In this document: positions 1 through 9,245 of the stretch, in pieces
How positions within the stretch are numbered: the first letter of the stretch is position 1
Layout: each line of letters starts with the position of its first letter
Assembly (NCBI GenBank): GCA_031430615.1
Contig: JANPBV010000071.1
Coordinates: 1-37,996, forward strand
From: Ignavibacteria bacterium
Lineage (GTDB): Bacteria; Bacteroidota; Ignavibacteria; Tepidaquicellales; OLB5
DNA: 37,996 nucleotides
Reading direction: 5' to 3'
Notes under the pieces: model-generated
What the model was told of the DNA's origin: nothing
The model's input: only the letters and a program-made list of their open reading frames with translations
The model's database searches: none
Position numbers and translations under genes: made by a program

Positions 1-44
1 AGTAAAACACGTAACCTTAAAAACGCGATAGATATTTCTTTCAT
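1..44 (-). CDS. 5' end of a gene running off the window (MKEISIAFLRLRVL...)
   Basis: ATG at 44-42, frame open to the window edge, signal-peptide-like start; only 14 codons visible. Confidence 0.35.
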   Translation of the reverse strand, partial: MKEISIAFLRLRVL

Positions 45-58
45 AGTATGATATATAA

Positions 59-108
59 TTTAAAAATGGTCACAACAATGCAATTACAGAGGTATGACCA
101 TTTTTAAA
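59..108 (-). promoter_or_regulatory. 14-bp perfect inverted repeat (leader hairpin or terminator)
   Basis: TTTAAAAATGGTCA (59-72) / TGACCATTTTTAAA (95-108), 22-nt loop, 14 nt upstream of the ATG at 44. Confidence 0.5.
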
Positions 109-217
109 TCTATATGTTCTTACCGTATAGCAGTTTAACCTATACATGTAAGTAAATGTTCCCTAAAAAACTATAAAAAAACCTTAAAAACAGTTAATTT
201 TTGCATAAAAGGAAATA

Positions 218-1657
218 TTATGAGTGTTGTAATTCCTTTGTTTCAAGTTCCGAGAATTTATCCCAGAACCAGCCTGTACAGCTTACGCTATGAACTTTTG
301 CAAGTTGTATCTTAAATTCAGAGACCCTGCTGTAGTCATCCTTTATTTTCATTTTGATGAGATAGTTTAAAAATTTTATAAAACTCCTGTATTCAGATCT
401 TTTGAATTCAGGGATTTTTTTATCATTTGATAAAACGTGTTTGTATGAATCGATCAGCGAGATGAGCGGCTCGGTATCATCGAGTTCATAATAAACCCGC
501 AGCATGTAGCAGTAAACATCAAGCTTATGATAATACCCGTTGAATTTCAGCTTGCTTAAGCTTTGCATAGATTCGTTGTAATCTTTCCTGAAGAAGCAGA
601 GCATTGCCATAGAAAAGTTAAGGGTGTTATCGCGGTAACTGGGCTCTATTTCAAGGATATAACAGCATATAAAATTTTCAACCCAATCAAATTTTTTTAA
701 CCTGATACCGGTTCTTACAATATTGAGAAAAAGAGTTGGATGCATAAAATTTTCTATCTTAAATACATCTTTTGAAAGCTGCATTCTGTACATGTCAAAC
801 AATTCGGTTACATACAATGAACTGCCATTATCCAGTATTTTTCTGTAGTAATTGTTCATTACAAAATACGCGTTGTAAATATCAAGTTTCTCGAGTGATT
901 TACTATCAGAAAGAATATTTTTTATGTTAAGCAGTGATTCTTTGTTCTCTTCGTAAAGCATTAACATGATAACATTATAGTAAAGCTGTATTGCAGGGAT
1001 ATCATCGTACCTGTTTACCTTTAGAAATAGAAGAATCTCATCAAGAAAATCAAGCTTATAATTTGAGTTTAATTCGTAGATCTGTTTATTAAGGATTTGC
1101 GTGTATCTCCTCAGTATTTTCAGGAGGAAGTATTTTATAAGGTAATTCGATTCGTTGAGAAGACTTTCATCGAACAGGAATTTATTTTTCTTTAAGAACT
1201 GTGTGTTCTTTTCAAGCTCAAGCGAGTGTTTGTAGTCAAGCATTTCCTCCGAGCCAAATGAATACTGAAGAGCGTCTTCTGCATCTCTATAGCTCTCTTC
1301 AAAATATTTATCAGCATTTCTTTTGTTAAGCTCGCTTATTAAATGTTTATTTTGCTCTAGCCTATCCTGTGTATAATTAATATAAGCAAGGAATTCAAGT
1401 ATTTTCACCGAAAGTTCCGAGAGTACTTTTCTCATCATGTTATCCCTGTATTTTTCATCGGGGAAAAGTGTTAAGTGCAGTGTTTGTTTTGTAAACTCAT
1501 CGCCCGAAAAATCAGGGTAATAGTTCTGCAATATGCCGTAAAGTTCAAGAAGCCTGCGGTTTTTGTTGTGCAAGGGCGAATCCAGGAACTCACCAAACAT
1601 TTTAAACTCCCTTTGATTAAGAATATACAATAGGTCTAATGCTTTACTTTTTATCAT
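218..1657 (-). CDS. uncharacterised ~480-aa all-helical (TPR-like) protein, putative regulator; paralog of 25180-26616
   Basis: 479-aa ORF, no signal peptide; aligns by eye with the 481-aa ORF at both ends (EF..F..F..S...NK; GWF..K..EL). Confidence 0.8.
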   Translation of the reverse strand: MIKSKALDLLYILNQREFKMFGEFLDSPLHNKNRRLLELYGILQNYYPDFSGDEFTKQTLHLTLFPDEKYRDNMMRKVLSELSVKILEFLAYINYTQDRLEQNKHLISELNKRNADKYFEESYRDAEDALQYSFGSEEMLDYKHSLELEKNTQFLKKNKFLFDESLLNESNYLIKYFLLKILRRYTQILNKQIYELNSNYKLDFLDEILLFLKVNRYDDIPAIQLYYNVIMLMLYEENKESLLNIKNILSDSKSLEKLDIYNAYFVMNNYYRKILDNGSSLYVTELFDMYRMQLSKDVFKIENFMHPTLFLNIVRTGIRLKKFDWVENFICCYILEIEPSYRDNTLNFSMAMLCFFRKDYNESMQSLSKLKFNGYYHKLDVYCYMLRVYYELDDTEPLISLIDSYKHVLSNDKKIPEFKRSEYRSFIKFLNYLIKMKIKDDYSRVSEFKIQLAKVHSVSCTGWFWDKFSELETKELQHS

Positions 1658-2108
1658 AAAATTATACTTAAATTTTTACACCGGGTATAAATACCATTAC
1701 TTGGCTACCGTAACAAAATTGAATTTTATTTTCGAAGAAACATCAAAAACAGACAAATTTTAGCGTTTTAAGCCAAAAAAAAGAATTTCGCGCCCATTTT
1801 TCATAGTGCACATAAGAAAAACTCTCTTTGCCAAATTAAACTCTTAAAACTATTTTATTAAAAATATTTATTGATAACGAAGGCTAAAACGAGGGCGGAA
1901 ATAATTACGAGGACTTAATGCAGAAAATTTCAATAACAAAGCTAAAGTAAGAACTGTGGAAACAAATTTAAAAGATTTAAATTAAATATCAAATACAATT
2001 GCACAGTAAAATATTTTTTTTCAACACCATTTAGTATGGATTTTAATTACAGTGAAATATAAGGCATATAAAAATTGCATCTAACACTTTAAAACTTTTT
2101 TAAATTTA

Positions 2109-2990
2109 ATGGAGGGGTATATAGTATTGAATATTAATTACTTTGTTTCAAAAGCCCGTAACACGTTTTTGTTTTCATTATTCATTTTATCGTTATTTTC
2201 AATCAGCACAGTTTTTTCGCAGGATTGGTGTAATCCGAACATTACCCAGACATTCAGTCACGGGATAAACTCGGTTGCTCTAAACGGCACACCACCACTT
2301 GAAAGGTTTTCGGGGAGGCTTGAAGGCTATGTTAATACAGGTGTATCAACATCACTTTCAAGAGGCGGTTCATATACTCTGACTATGGTACAGGGATTTG
2401 GCGCTTTTTGTACGGCTGGAAATTTGAGAATATGGATTGACTATAATCATGATTTCGATTTTGATGATGCGGGAGAATTGGTTGGCTCGATGGACCAGGT
2501 ATTTTCAACCGGACCGAATGTATTTAACTTTACTGTACCCAATACTGCTGTTCTTGGAACAACGAGGATGAGAGTTGGAGATAAAATGAGGGAAGCATGC
2601 GGTCACACGGGGGTTACACCCTGTAACGACCCGCCTGATCCTGCAGGTTATCATGGCGAGATGGAAGACTATGATATCATAATTGTTCTTCCGACCGGAA
2701 TTTCAAACGTAAGCGGTATTACACCGGAAAAATTCGGATTGTATCAGAATTACCCGAATCCATTTAACCCTGTTACAAATATTAAATTCGATGTTGCCTC
2801 GACATCACAGGTAAAAATTACAGTGTACGATCTGCTTGGCAATGAAGCTGCGCAGCTTGTAAATGAAAGATTGCCCGCAGGGACATACAAAACAGATTGG
2901 GATGCTTCAAGCTACCCAAGCGGTGTGTATTATTATAAAATTACTGCCGGTGAATATTCAGAGACACATAAAATGGCGCTGGTGAAATAA
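2109..2990 (+). CDS. GEVED-domain protein with T9SS type A C-terminal sorting domain
   Basis: signal peptide; WIDYNHDFDFDDAGE and GEMEDY motifs; QNYPNPFNP...KMALVK CTD; real start may be TTG 2127, downstream of GGAGG at 2111. Confidence 0.85.
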   Translation: MEGYIVLNINYFVSKARNTFLFSLFILSLFSISTVFSQDWCNPNITQTFSHGINSVALNGTPPLERFSGRLEGYVNTGVSTSLSRGGSYTLTMVQGFGAFCTAGNLRIWIDYNHDFDFDDAGELVGSMDQVFSTGPNVFNFTVPNTAVLGTTRMRVGDKMREACGHTGVTPCNDPPDPAGYHGEMEDYDIIIVLPTGISNVSGITPEKFGLYQNYPNPFNPVTNIKFDVASTSQVKITVYDLLGNEAAQLVNERLPAGTYKTDWDASSYPSGVYYYKITAGEYSETHKMALVK

Positions 2991-3098
2991 TTTCTGAATA
3001 CGAATAATTCTTAAGGACAAGGGTTACATCCTCATCGTTATTTTTTGACTTAACTTGGACTCCTTGTCCTTCAGGTTCGTAAATATTATACATTACTG

Positions 3099-3917
3099 AT
3101 GAAAAAATTCTCGGGCAGTTCAAAAAAAACAGCGATATACTTTATTATGTTTCTGGCAGTAACTGCTTTTTTAAGCTATGGTTATTTTGCGGGTATCAGC
3201 GGCAGAACAAAAAAGGGAGGGTTTACCGCAGGTTGTGAGTGTCATGGTAAAACCCCTTTTAGTAATGTGAATGTAGTTATATCAGGTCCTGATACAATTT
3301 CCCCCGGCGAGACTGTGAATTTCCTCCTGAGCATAACCGGGGGACCTTTAACAAGAGGCGGAACCGATATAGCTGTAATAAGAGGTACGCTGAATACAGT
3401 AACTGGTTCTGGTTTAAAAAAACTAGATGGAGAGCTGACACATGAGCAGCCAAAGGCGCCTGTTTCAGGGAATGTCAGTTTTCCGTTCAGTTATACCGCT
3501 CCTCTTACTGAAGGAACAGATACAATTTTTGCAAATGGCAATAGCGTAAATTTTGATATGCTTCCTTATAATGATAACTGGAATTTTGCCAATAATAAGA
3601 TACTCGTTATTAAAAACCCAATTGGTATCCATGTCATTTCTTCTGATACACCGGAATCATTTGAACTTGAACAAAATTATCCCAATCCTTTTAATCCAAC
3701 AACAAAAATCCGGTTCAGTATCCCGGCTTCTTCGGATGCAAATATTACGATCTATGATGCAGCAGGGATAGAAGTAACTACTCTCATAGATGAAAGGTTA
3801 ATGCCGGGATCTTTTGAAGTAGATTGGAATGCCTCAAATTATTCAGGCGGTATTTACTTTTATGTTCTGCGTTCCGGAAGTTTCAGGGAAACAAGAAAGA
3901 TGGTTCTTATAAAATAA
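3099..3917 (+). CDS. Reeler-like/choice-of-anchor V type protein with T9SS type A CTD
   Basis: signal peptide, GCECHG motif, LTH..PK and F.YTAP segments, QNYPNPFNP...KMVLIK. Confidence 0.75.
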   Translation: MKKFSGSSKKTAIYFIMFLAVTAFLSYGYFAGISGRTKKGGFTAGCECHGKTPFSNVNVVISGPDTISPGETVNFLLSITGGPLTRGGTDIAVIRGTLNTVTGSGLKKLDGELTHEQPKAPVSGNVSFPFSYTAPLTEGTDTIFANGNSVNFDMLPYNDNWNFANNKILVIKNPIGIHVISSDTPESFELEQNYPNPFNPTTKIRFSIPASSDANITIYDAAGIEVTTLIDERLMPGSFEVDWNASNYSGGIYFYVLRSGSFRETRKMVLIK

Positions 3918-4264
3918 TACACGTGTTCCGGCAGCTTCAAAAAATTTAATGTTAACTTACTGTCACACTTAATATTAATTATAGTCAAAGAGAGTGAAAG
4001 GTTAGAGAGTGTTTTTTTATTTTAAGTTATTTAATGACCGAAATATCAAGGTGTTATTTACAAACTAAAAAAGTGGTTCTTGTAAAATAGAAGAATGTGC
4101 GATATTGCAGCGCTTGATCGAGGGCTCAGGCGAGTAGGCAGTTTAGATAAAAGTGAACTGCTGCCTGACTCAAAATAAATTCCATGATTGACCCAAGGCG
4201 GGATCTTTTGAGACAGGTGTCGCACATTTTTTTTAATGATGTAAACAGAGAACTTTGGTTTTAA

Positions 4265-5080
4265 ATGAACTATAGAACTTATATTCCCAACCCGGCACTA
4301 TCAAAATATATTAAGTGCTATTGGACACTGGAAAATCTTTACAAAGAGATCACTTTTTCGAAAGAGAAAGTTTTTCCTGATGGGTGCATTGAATTGGTTT
4401 TTCATTTTGGTGATTTATATAGAAAATATAAACGGGACGATTCAAGTGAACTAATGCCCAAAAGTTTTATACACGGTCAATTGAAGGAATTTATTGAAAT
4501 TGAAGCAACCGGGAAAACAGGGATTTTAAGTATTAGATTCCACCCGAATGGTTTAAGACCCTTTATGGCATTTGATATTAATGAGATTACAGGGCAAACA
4601 TTAAGCCTACAGGATCTTTGGGAAAAGGAAGGCGAAATACTTGAAGAAAAAATTTTAAATGCTGCATCTAATGAACATCGAATATCATTACTTGAGATTT
4701 TCCTGTTAAATAAATTGAAAAGAGCTGTAGAAAATGATAGCGTAATTGAACATTGCGTTAATTCAATAATTAAAAATGATGGAAACATTTCGATTAGCAA
4801 ACTTGCAAATAATCTGAATATTGGAAGACGCCATCTTGAACGTAAGTTTATTTCCATTGTTGGCATCAGCCCGAAATTACTTTCAAGAATCATTAGATTT
4901 CAAAATACGCTTAATTTAATTGAACATGAAAAATTTAGTAACTTAACTATGGTTGCTTATAAGAGTGGTTTTTATGACCAGGCTCATTTTATAAAGGATT
5001 TCAAAGAATTCACAGGACTCAACCCAAAGCAGTATTTCTCAGAAAATTTTCCTTTGGTAAAATATTTCAATTTAATGTAG
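4265..5080 (+). CDS. AraC family transcriptional regulator (DUF6597-type N-terminus)
   Basis: FPDGCIELVF N-terminal motif; C-terminal RHLERKF...GISPK and GFYDQAHFIKDFKEFTG HTH signature. Confidence 0.92.
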   Translation: MNYRTYIPNPALSKYIKCYWTLENLYKEITFSKEKVFPDGCIELVFHFGDLYRKYKRDDSSELMPKSFIHGQLKEFIEIEATGKTGILSIRFHPNGLRPFMAFDINEITGQTLSLQDLWEKEGEILEEKILNAASNEHRISLLEIFLLNKLKRAVENDSVIEHCVNSIIKNDGNISISKLANNLNIGRRHLERKFISIVGISPKLLSRIIRFQNTLNLIEHEKFSNLTMVAYKSGFYDQAHFIKDFKEFTGLNPKQYFSENFPLVKYFNLM

Positions 5081-5083
5081 AAA

Positions 5084-5127
5084 GTCGCATTTTTACAATT
5101 TTTATTTTTTTAAAAGTCGTAAATTTG
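5084..5127 (+). promoter_or_regulatory. putative AraC-activated promoter
   Basis: GTCGCATTTTTACAAT directly after the AraC stop, over the expected -33 region; TAAATTTG (-7 box) at 5120-5127. Confidence 0.45.
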
Positions 5128-5163
5128 TATCTCAAGAAGGAGCATTATTTAATCAATTAAAAA

Positions 5164-5688
5164 ATGGAAAAATTTAAAATGAAACCTTATTTCAAACTCA
5201 ATATAGTTTTTGCAATATCAGTCATTATAATATCCTGTAGTAATTCTAACCAAAAAATTAACGAAAACAGCAAAAGCAGTTTCACTCAAATTGAAAATGC
5301 CAGCTGGTTAATTGGAGAATGGCAAAATATTACCGAGAAAGTCTATGTTTCTGAAATTTGGATTAAGAAAAATGACTCTACCTACATTGGTAAAGGGTAT
5401 TCTGTTGCAGGCAAAGACACGGTTTCAGAGGAATCCATCCTTCTTGAGCAAAAAGGAACACAACTATTTTATACCTCAACAGTTAAAAACCAAAACAATA
5501 ACCAGAGTATAAAATTTACACTTACATCATCTGCAAATAATCAATTAGTTTTTGAAAACCCTGAACACGATTTTCCTCAAAAAATCTCATATACACTAAT
5601 AACAAATGATTCCTTGCTTGCCGAAGTTTCAGGTATGATGAATAGTAAACAGCGTTCAGAGAAATTTCCAATGACAAGAATAAAGTAA
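5164..5688 (+). CDS. DUF6265-like lipoprotein
   Basis: lipobox IISC; WLIGEW and VFENPEHDFPQKISY motifs. Confidence 0.8.
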   Translation: MEKFKMKPYFKLNIVFAISVIIISCSNSNQKINENSKSSFTQIENASWLIGEWQNITEKVYVSEIWIKKNDSTYIGKGYSVAGKDTVSEESILLEQKGTQLFYTSTVKNQNNNQSIKFTLTSSANNQLVFENPEHDFPQKISYTLITNDSLLAEVSGMMNSKQRSEKFPMTRIK

Positions 5689-5724
5689 AAAAATTGAACC
5701 AAAACAACTAAATACAAATATAAA

Positions 5725-6117
5725 ATGGAAATGTTAACACATGCAATAAGCTGGGCTGAAATTCCCGTTTCTGATTTTGACAGGGCAAAGAAGTTTTACA
5801 GTGCAATATATGATTTTGAAATGCCCGAAGCTATGATGGGTCCTAATCGGATGGGTTTTTTGTTGTTTGACCAAAAGGGCGGCGGCATAGGCGCTGCCAT
5901 TGTTTGCGGTGAAGGTTACATACCGTCACAAAACGGAACAAAGTTATATCTCAATGGCGGTGCCGACCTGAATACAGTATTAAATCGTATTAAAAATGCA
6001 GGTGGTAACGTGACTCTGCCGAAAACTCAAATTGCACCCGAAGCACCTGAACTAGGATACTTCGCTATTTTTGAAGATACAGAAGGCAATCAAATTTTAC
6101 TGCACTCTAATAGCTAA
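5725..6117 (+). CDS. VOC (glyoxalase/bleomycin resistance) family protein
   Basis: WAEIPVSDFDRAKKFY ... GYFAIFEDTEGN. Confidence 0.9.
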   Translation: MEMLTHAISWAEIPVSDFDRAKKFYSAIYDFEMPEAMMGPNRMGFLLFDQKGGGIGAAIVCGEGYIPSQNGTKLYLNGGADLNTVLNRIKNAGGNVTLPKTQIAPEAPELGYFAIFEDTEGNQILLHSNS

Positions 6118-6179
6118 TATCATATTGAGAAAATTGATATTGCTCCAGGGATTTGATAATTCAAATAAAACATCAGAAT

Positions 6180-6623
6180 ATGTCTATTAAAAATTTCTTC
6201 ATCGTATTGATAATAGCATTGGCTTCGTGTAACACAAAAGAAAATGAAGAGCTGAAAATGCAGGAGCAAAATGTGCTTATTGCGAAAAATTATTTTGAGA
6301 TATTTAATAAACACGATTGGGATAAAATGGCTGATTTTTATTCTGACCCAGCTGAATTTAAAGACCCATCGTTAGGTGAAGGAATTATAAAACAAACCCG
6401 GCAGCAAACAGCAGAAAAGTATAAGAAGTTAGCTGAGATATCCTCCGACATACGGGATGATATTATTCAACTGTATCCCTCAAAAGACAAATATGTAATA
6501 GTTGAATTTGTTTCATCAGGAACAGCGCCCGATGGCACAAAGTGGAAATTACCTCTATGCACTATTTTTACAATTGAGAATAAACAAATAACAAAGGACT
6601 TTACATACTACGATAATGAATAA
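6180..6623 (+). CDS. SnoaL/NTF2-like lipoprotein
   Basis: ATG 6180 gives lipobox LASC; FNKHDWDKMADFYS...ITKDFTYYD NTF2 pattern. Confidence 0.8.
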   Translation: MSIKNFFIVLIIALASCNTKENEELKMQEQNVLIAKNYFEIFNKHDWDKMADFYSDPAEFKDPSLGEGIIKQTRQQTAEKYKKLAEISSDIRDDIIQLYPSKDKYVIVEFVSSGTAPDGTKWKLPLCTIFTIENKQITKDFTYYDNE

Positions 6624-6727
6624 CTATAATAACCATAAAACATCACATAACTGCGGGTGAAGTGGAAGTATTAAATTTTATGCGTCTAAATCAACCGCTC
6701 TTAAATCCGCAAAACGCTGTAATTCTG

Positions 6728-7990
6728 TTATCCTATAACTTCAAATCCTGTATATTTATGCAATACTTTTGGAACAATAATTTTACCCTCAGGTGTCTGG
6801 CTGGATTCAATTAAAGATACATAAAGTCTTGAGGTAGCAAGTCCCGACCCGTTCAATATATGAACATATTCAGTCTTCTTATCACGTTTAAAGCGTATCA
6901 TAGCTCTTCTGGACTGGAAATCGGTGCAGTTGCTAACACTTGATGCCTCGAGCCATTTACCCTCGGCAGGTGACCAGACTTCGATATCATACTGCTTACT
7001 GGCAGCAAAACCCATATCACCCGTACAAACGTTTACAACACGATAGTGGATATTCAGCGCTTCCAAAATTCCAGTTGCGTGACCCAGCATTTCTTCCATT
7101 TGTGAATATGATTCTTCAGGCAGGCAGAAATTGATGAGTTCAACTTTATTGAACTGGTGTACCCGCAAAAATCCCTTGGTATCCTTGCCGTAGCTTCCTG
7201 CTTCCCTGCGGAAACAAGCTGTATAGCCGCAATACTTCACCGGCAAATTTTTTACGTCCATTACTTCATCACGGTGAATGTTCACAATAGGTACTTCGGC
7301 AGTTGGTATTGCAAACAGGTCATCAGGCTCGGTGCGGTACATATCTTCTTCAAACTTGGGTACTTTTTCGGCGGCTTCCATTGATGCGCGGTTTACAAGA
7401 TAAGGTACACCAACTTCAGTGTAGCCGTTAGCTTTGTGAGTATCAAGCATGAAGTTTATCAAGGCTCTTTCAAGCATTGCGCCTTTGCCTTTGTAAAAAG
7501 GAAAGCCGCTTCCTGATATTTTAGCGCCGATACCGAAATCGAGGATATCAAGTTTTTTGCCAAGCTCAACATGATCAAGATATTTAAAATCACCGGAAGC
7601 TTTATCTCCCCATATTTTGAACTGAACATTATCATCACTTGATTTACCTAACGGAACTGAATCTTCCGCAAGGTTAGGGATATCACGCTGGAAGTTATCG
7701 ATTTGCTTTTCTGCCAGAGCAAGCTTATCATCAATTGCTTTGATATCATCGGATACTTTCTTCATATCGGCAATTTTATCATCAGCATTAGCGCCGTCTT
7801 TTTTCATTTTGGCAATTTCCTGTGATACTGTATTTCGCAGGCTTTTGAGTTTTTCAACCTCACCTATATATTCCCTGCGTTTTACATCAAGCTCAAGGAT
7901 CTTATCTACCATATCTAAGGTCATATTGCGCGCCTGGAGCTTTTGTTTTATCAGCTCTGGGTTTTCTCTTATTACTTTTAGGTCTAACAT
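6728..7990 (-). CDS. serS: serine--tRNA ligase
   Basis: MLDLKVIR start, PTAEVP, FRREAGSYGKDTKGFLRVHQFNKVE, NGSGLA. Confidence 0.98.
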   Translation of the reverse strand: MLDLKVIRENPELIKQKLQARNMTLDMVDKILELDVKRREYIGEVEKLKSLRNTVSQEIAKMKKDGANADDKIADMKKVSDDIKAIDDKLALAEKQIDNFQRDIPNLAEDSVPLGKSSDDNVQFKIWGDKASGDFKYLDHVELGKKLDILDFGIGAKISGSGFPFYKGKGAMLERALINFMLDTHKANGYTEVGVPYLVNRASMEAAEKVPKFEEDMYRTEPDDLFAIPTAEVPIVNIHRDEVMDVKNLPVKYCGYTACFRREAGSYGKDTKGFLRVHQFNKVELINFCLPEESYSQMEEMLGHATGILEALNIHYRVVNVCTGDMGFAASKQYDIEVWSPAEGKWLEASSVSNCTDFQSRRAMIRFKRDKKTEYVHILNGSGLATSRLYVSLIESSQTPEGKIIVPKVLHKYTGFEVIG

Positions 7991-8077
7991 AATTTATATA
8001 ATTAGGAATTAACTGCCAGAGGCAGTCAAGTGAATTAAAAATTAGGAATTTTTACAACAAATTAAAAAAACAAATAA

Positions 8078-8170
8078 TAAGACTACAAAGGTCTGATATT
8101 ATTTCAATACATAAAAATATTATCATGTTATAACTGATCTACAATATACGTTAAGACTTTTGTAGTCTTA
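8078..8170. repeat. inverted pair of small palindromes (REPIN-like doublet)
   Basis: TAAGACTACAAAGGTCT (8078-8094) vs AGACTTTTGTAGTCTTA (8154-8170), 16/17 complementary. Confidence 0.6.
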
Positions 8171-8193
8171 CAACTTAGCTAATTACTTTTTTT

Positions 8194-8252
8194 GTGTCGG
8201 GAGGAAACTCCCGACGCCACTTCGTGTGGTGTCAGGACTTACGTCCGGACAC
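8194..8252. repeat. tandem GTGTC(A/G)GG palindromes, REP-like; may also terminate rfbD
   Basis: GTGTCGGGAG-GAAA-CTCCCGACGC and GTGTCAGGAC-TTAC-GTCCGGACAC. Confidence 0.6.
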
Positions 8253-8259
8253 GGTTAAT

Positions 8260-9165
8260 TTATAAGCCGAGCTGGACTTTCAGCAGGCTAAGTCCATCGG
8301 TTACATCAAGCGTTTTCAGGTCAAGGTCGGTTTCAGCTTTCAGCAGGATGAAGCTAGAGTTCATCGGTCTCAAGGCAGATTGGTTAAGATCACTGGTTTT
8401 AATTGGCTTTATAAGGTTTTCATTCAGCTCAAAAGCTTCAGCAAGTTTTATGGCAAACTCATACCTGCTTAAATATTCGCCGCCGCATATGTGATACAGA
8501 CCGGATTTATTCAGGTCAACCATTTTAACTAATGACCACCCAAGATCATCAACCATAGTAGGCATGCCAAACTGGTCATCAACAATTGTTACCTGATTTT
8601 TTTCAGAAAGCATATTAATAAGCCAAACGGCAAAGTTAGGTCTTAAATTCTTACCTGTTCCGTAAATTATCATAGTGCGTACAATTGCAAAATTTATTCC
8701 GCTTGTTATCAGCGCATTTTCACTGGCAAGCTTGCTTTTACCGTAATAGCTCAGAGGATTAGGTTTTGAGCTCTCGCTGTAGTTGCCTGATTTGCCGTCA
8801 AAAACATAATCAGTTGAAATGTGTATTATCTTTGATGAATTAACCCTTGAAGCGATTATAAAATGTTTTACTGAATCTACATTTACTTTCCAGCTCATTT
8901 CACGGTCAGTTTCACAGCCATCAACATTTGTGTAAGCCGCCGTGTTGATGATAATATCAGGAAGGTATTTTTTAACGGCATCCTTAACTTCTTCCTTTTT
9001 GGTTATATCCATTGGGAAGTAATCAAAGCCTTTAGAATCAAAAGCGTTATCATGCAGGTCTGTGAGTATAAGCTCGTGGGCTGATTCATTCCTGAATATT
9101 TCCGTGGCTTTTTGTCCCAGCAGTCCGTTTGCGCCGGTTACAAGTATTTTTTTAGGTTTGTTCAT
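8260..9165 (-). CDS. rfbD: dTDP-4-dehydrorhamnose reductase
   Basis: VTGANGLLG, HISTDYVFDG, YGKSK, VDDQFGMPT. Confidence 0.93.
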   Translation of the reverse strand: MNKPKKILVTGANGLLGQKATEIFRNESAHELILTDLHDNAFDSKGFDYFPMDITKKEEVKDAVKKYLPDIIINTAAYTNVDGCETDREMSWKVNVDSVKHFIIASRVNSSKIIHISTDYVFDGKSGNYSESSKPNPLSYYGKSKLASENALITSGINFAIVRTMIIYGTGKNLRPNFAVWLINMLSEKNQVTIVDDQFGMPTMVDDLGWSLVKMVDLNKSGLYHICGGEYLSRYEFAIKLAEAFELNENLIKPIKTSDLNQSALRPMNSSFILLKAETDLDLKTLDVTDGLSLLKVQLGL

Positions 9166-9169
9166 TTGA

Positions 9170-9222
9170 CCTCACCCCTTTACAAGGTTGTAAACCCAGC
9201 CCCTCTCCTAAGAGGAGAGGGG
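9170..9222. repeat. CCTCACCCC...CCCCTCTCCT/AGGAGAGGGG REP-like element with inserted hairpin
   Basis: 10-bp stem 9200-9209/9213-9222; internal TTTACAA-GG-TTGTAAA. Confidence 0.7.
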
Positions 9223-9245
9223 AGAGGATTATTTAAAAATTAATT

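Noticed and set aside
161-200. Phased TAAAAA repeats as regulator binding sites
   Set aside because: Low-complexity A-tracts are expected in this AT-rich intergenic DNA
4125-4215. GC-richer patch with an AGGCAG/CTGCCT stem and GGCGGGATC, considered as a tRNA-derived att remnant or sRNA
   Set aside because: Pairing is short and imperfect, and no tRNA or integrase is nearby to support it
8001-8050. ATTAGGAATT direct repeat upstream of serS
   Set aside because: Only two copies of an AT-rich 10-mer, with no T-box features
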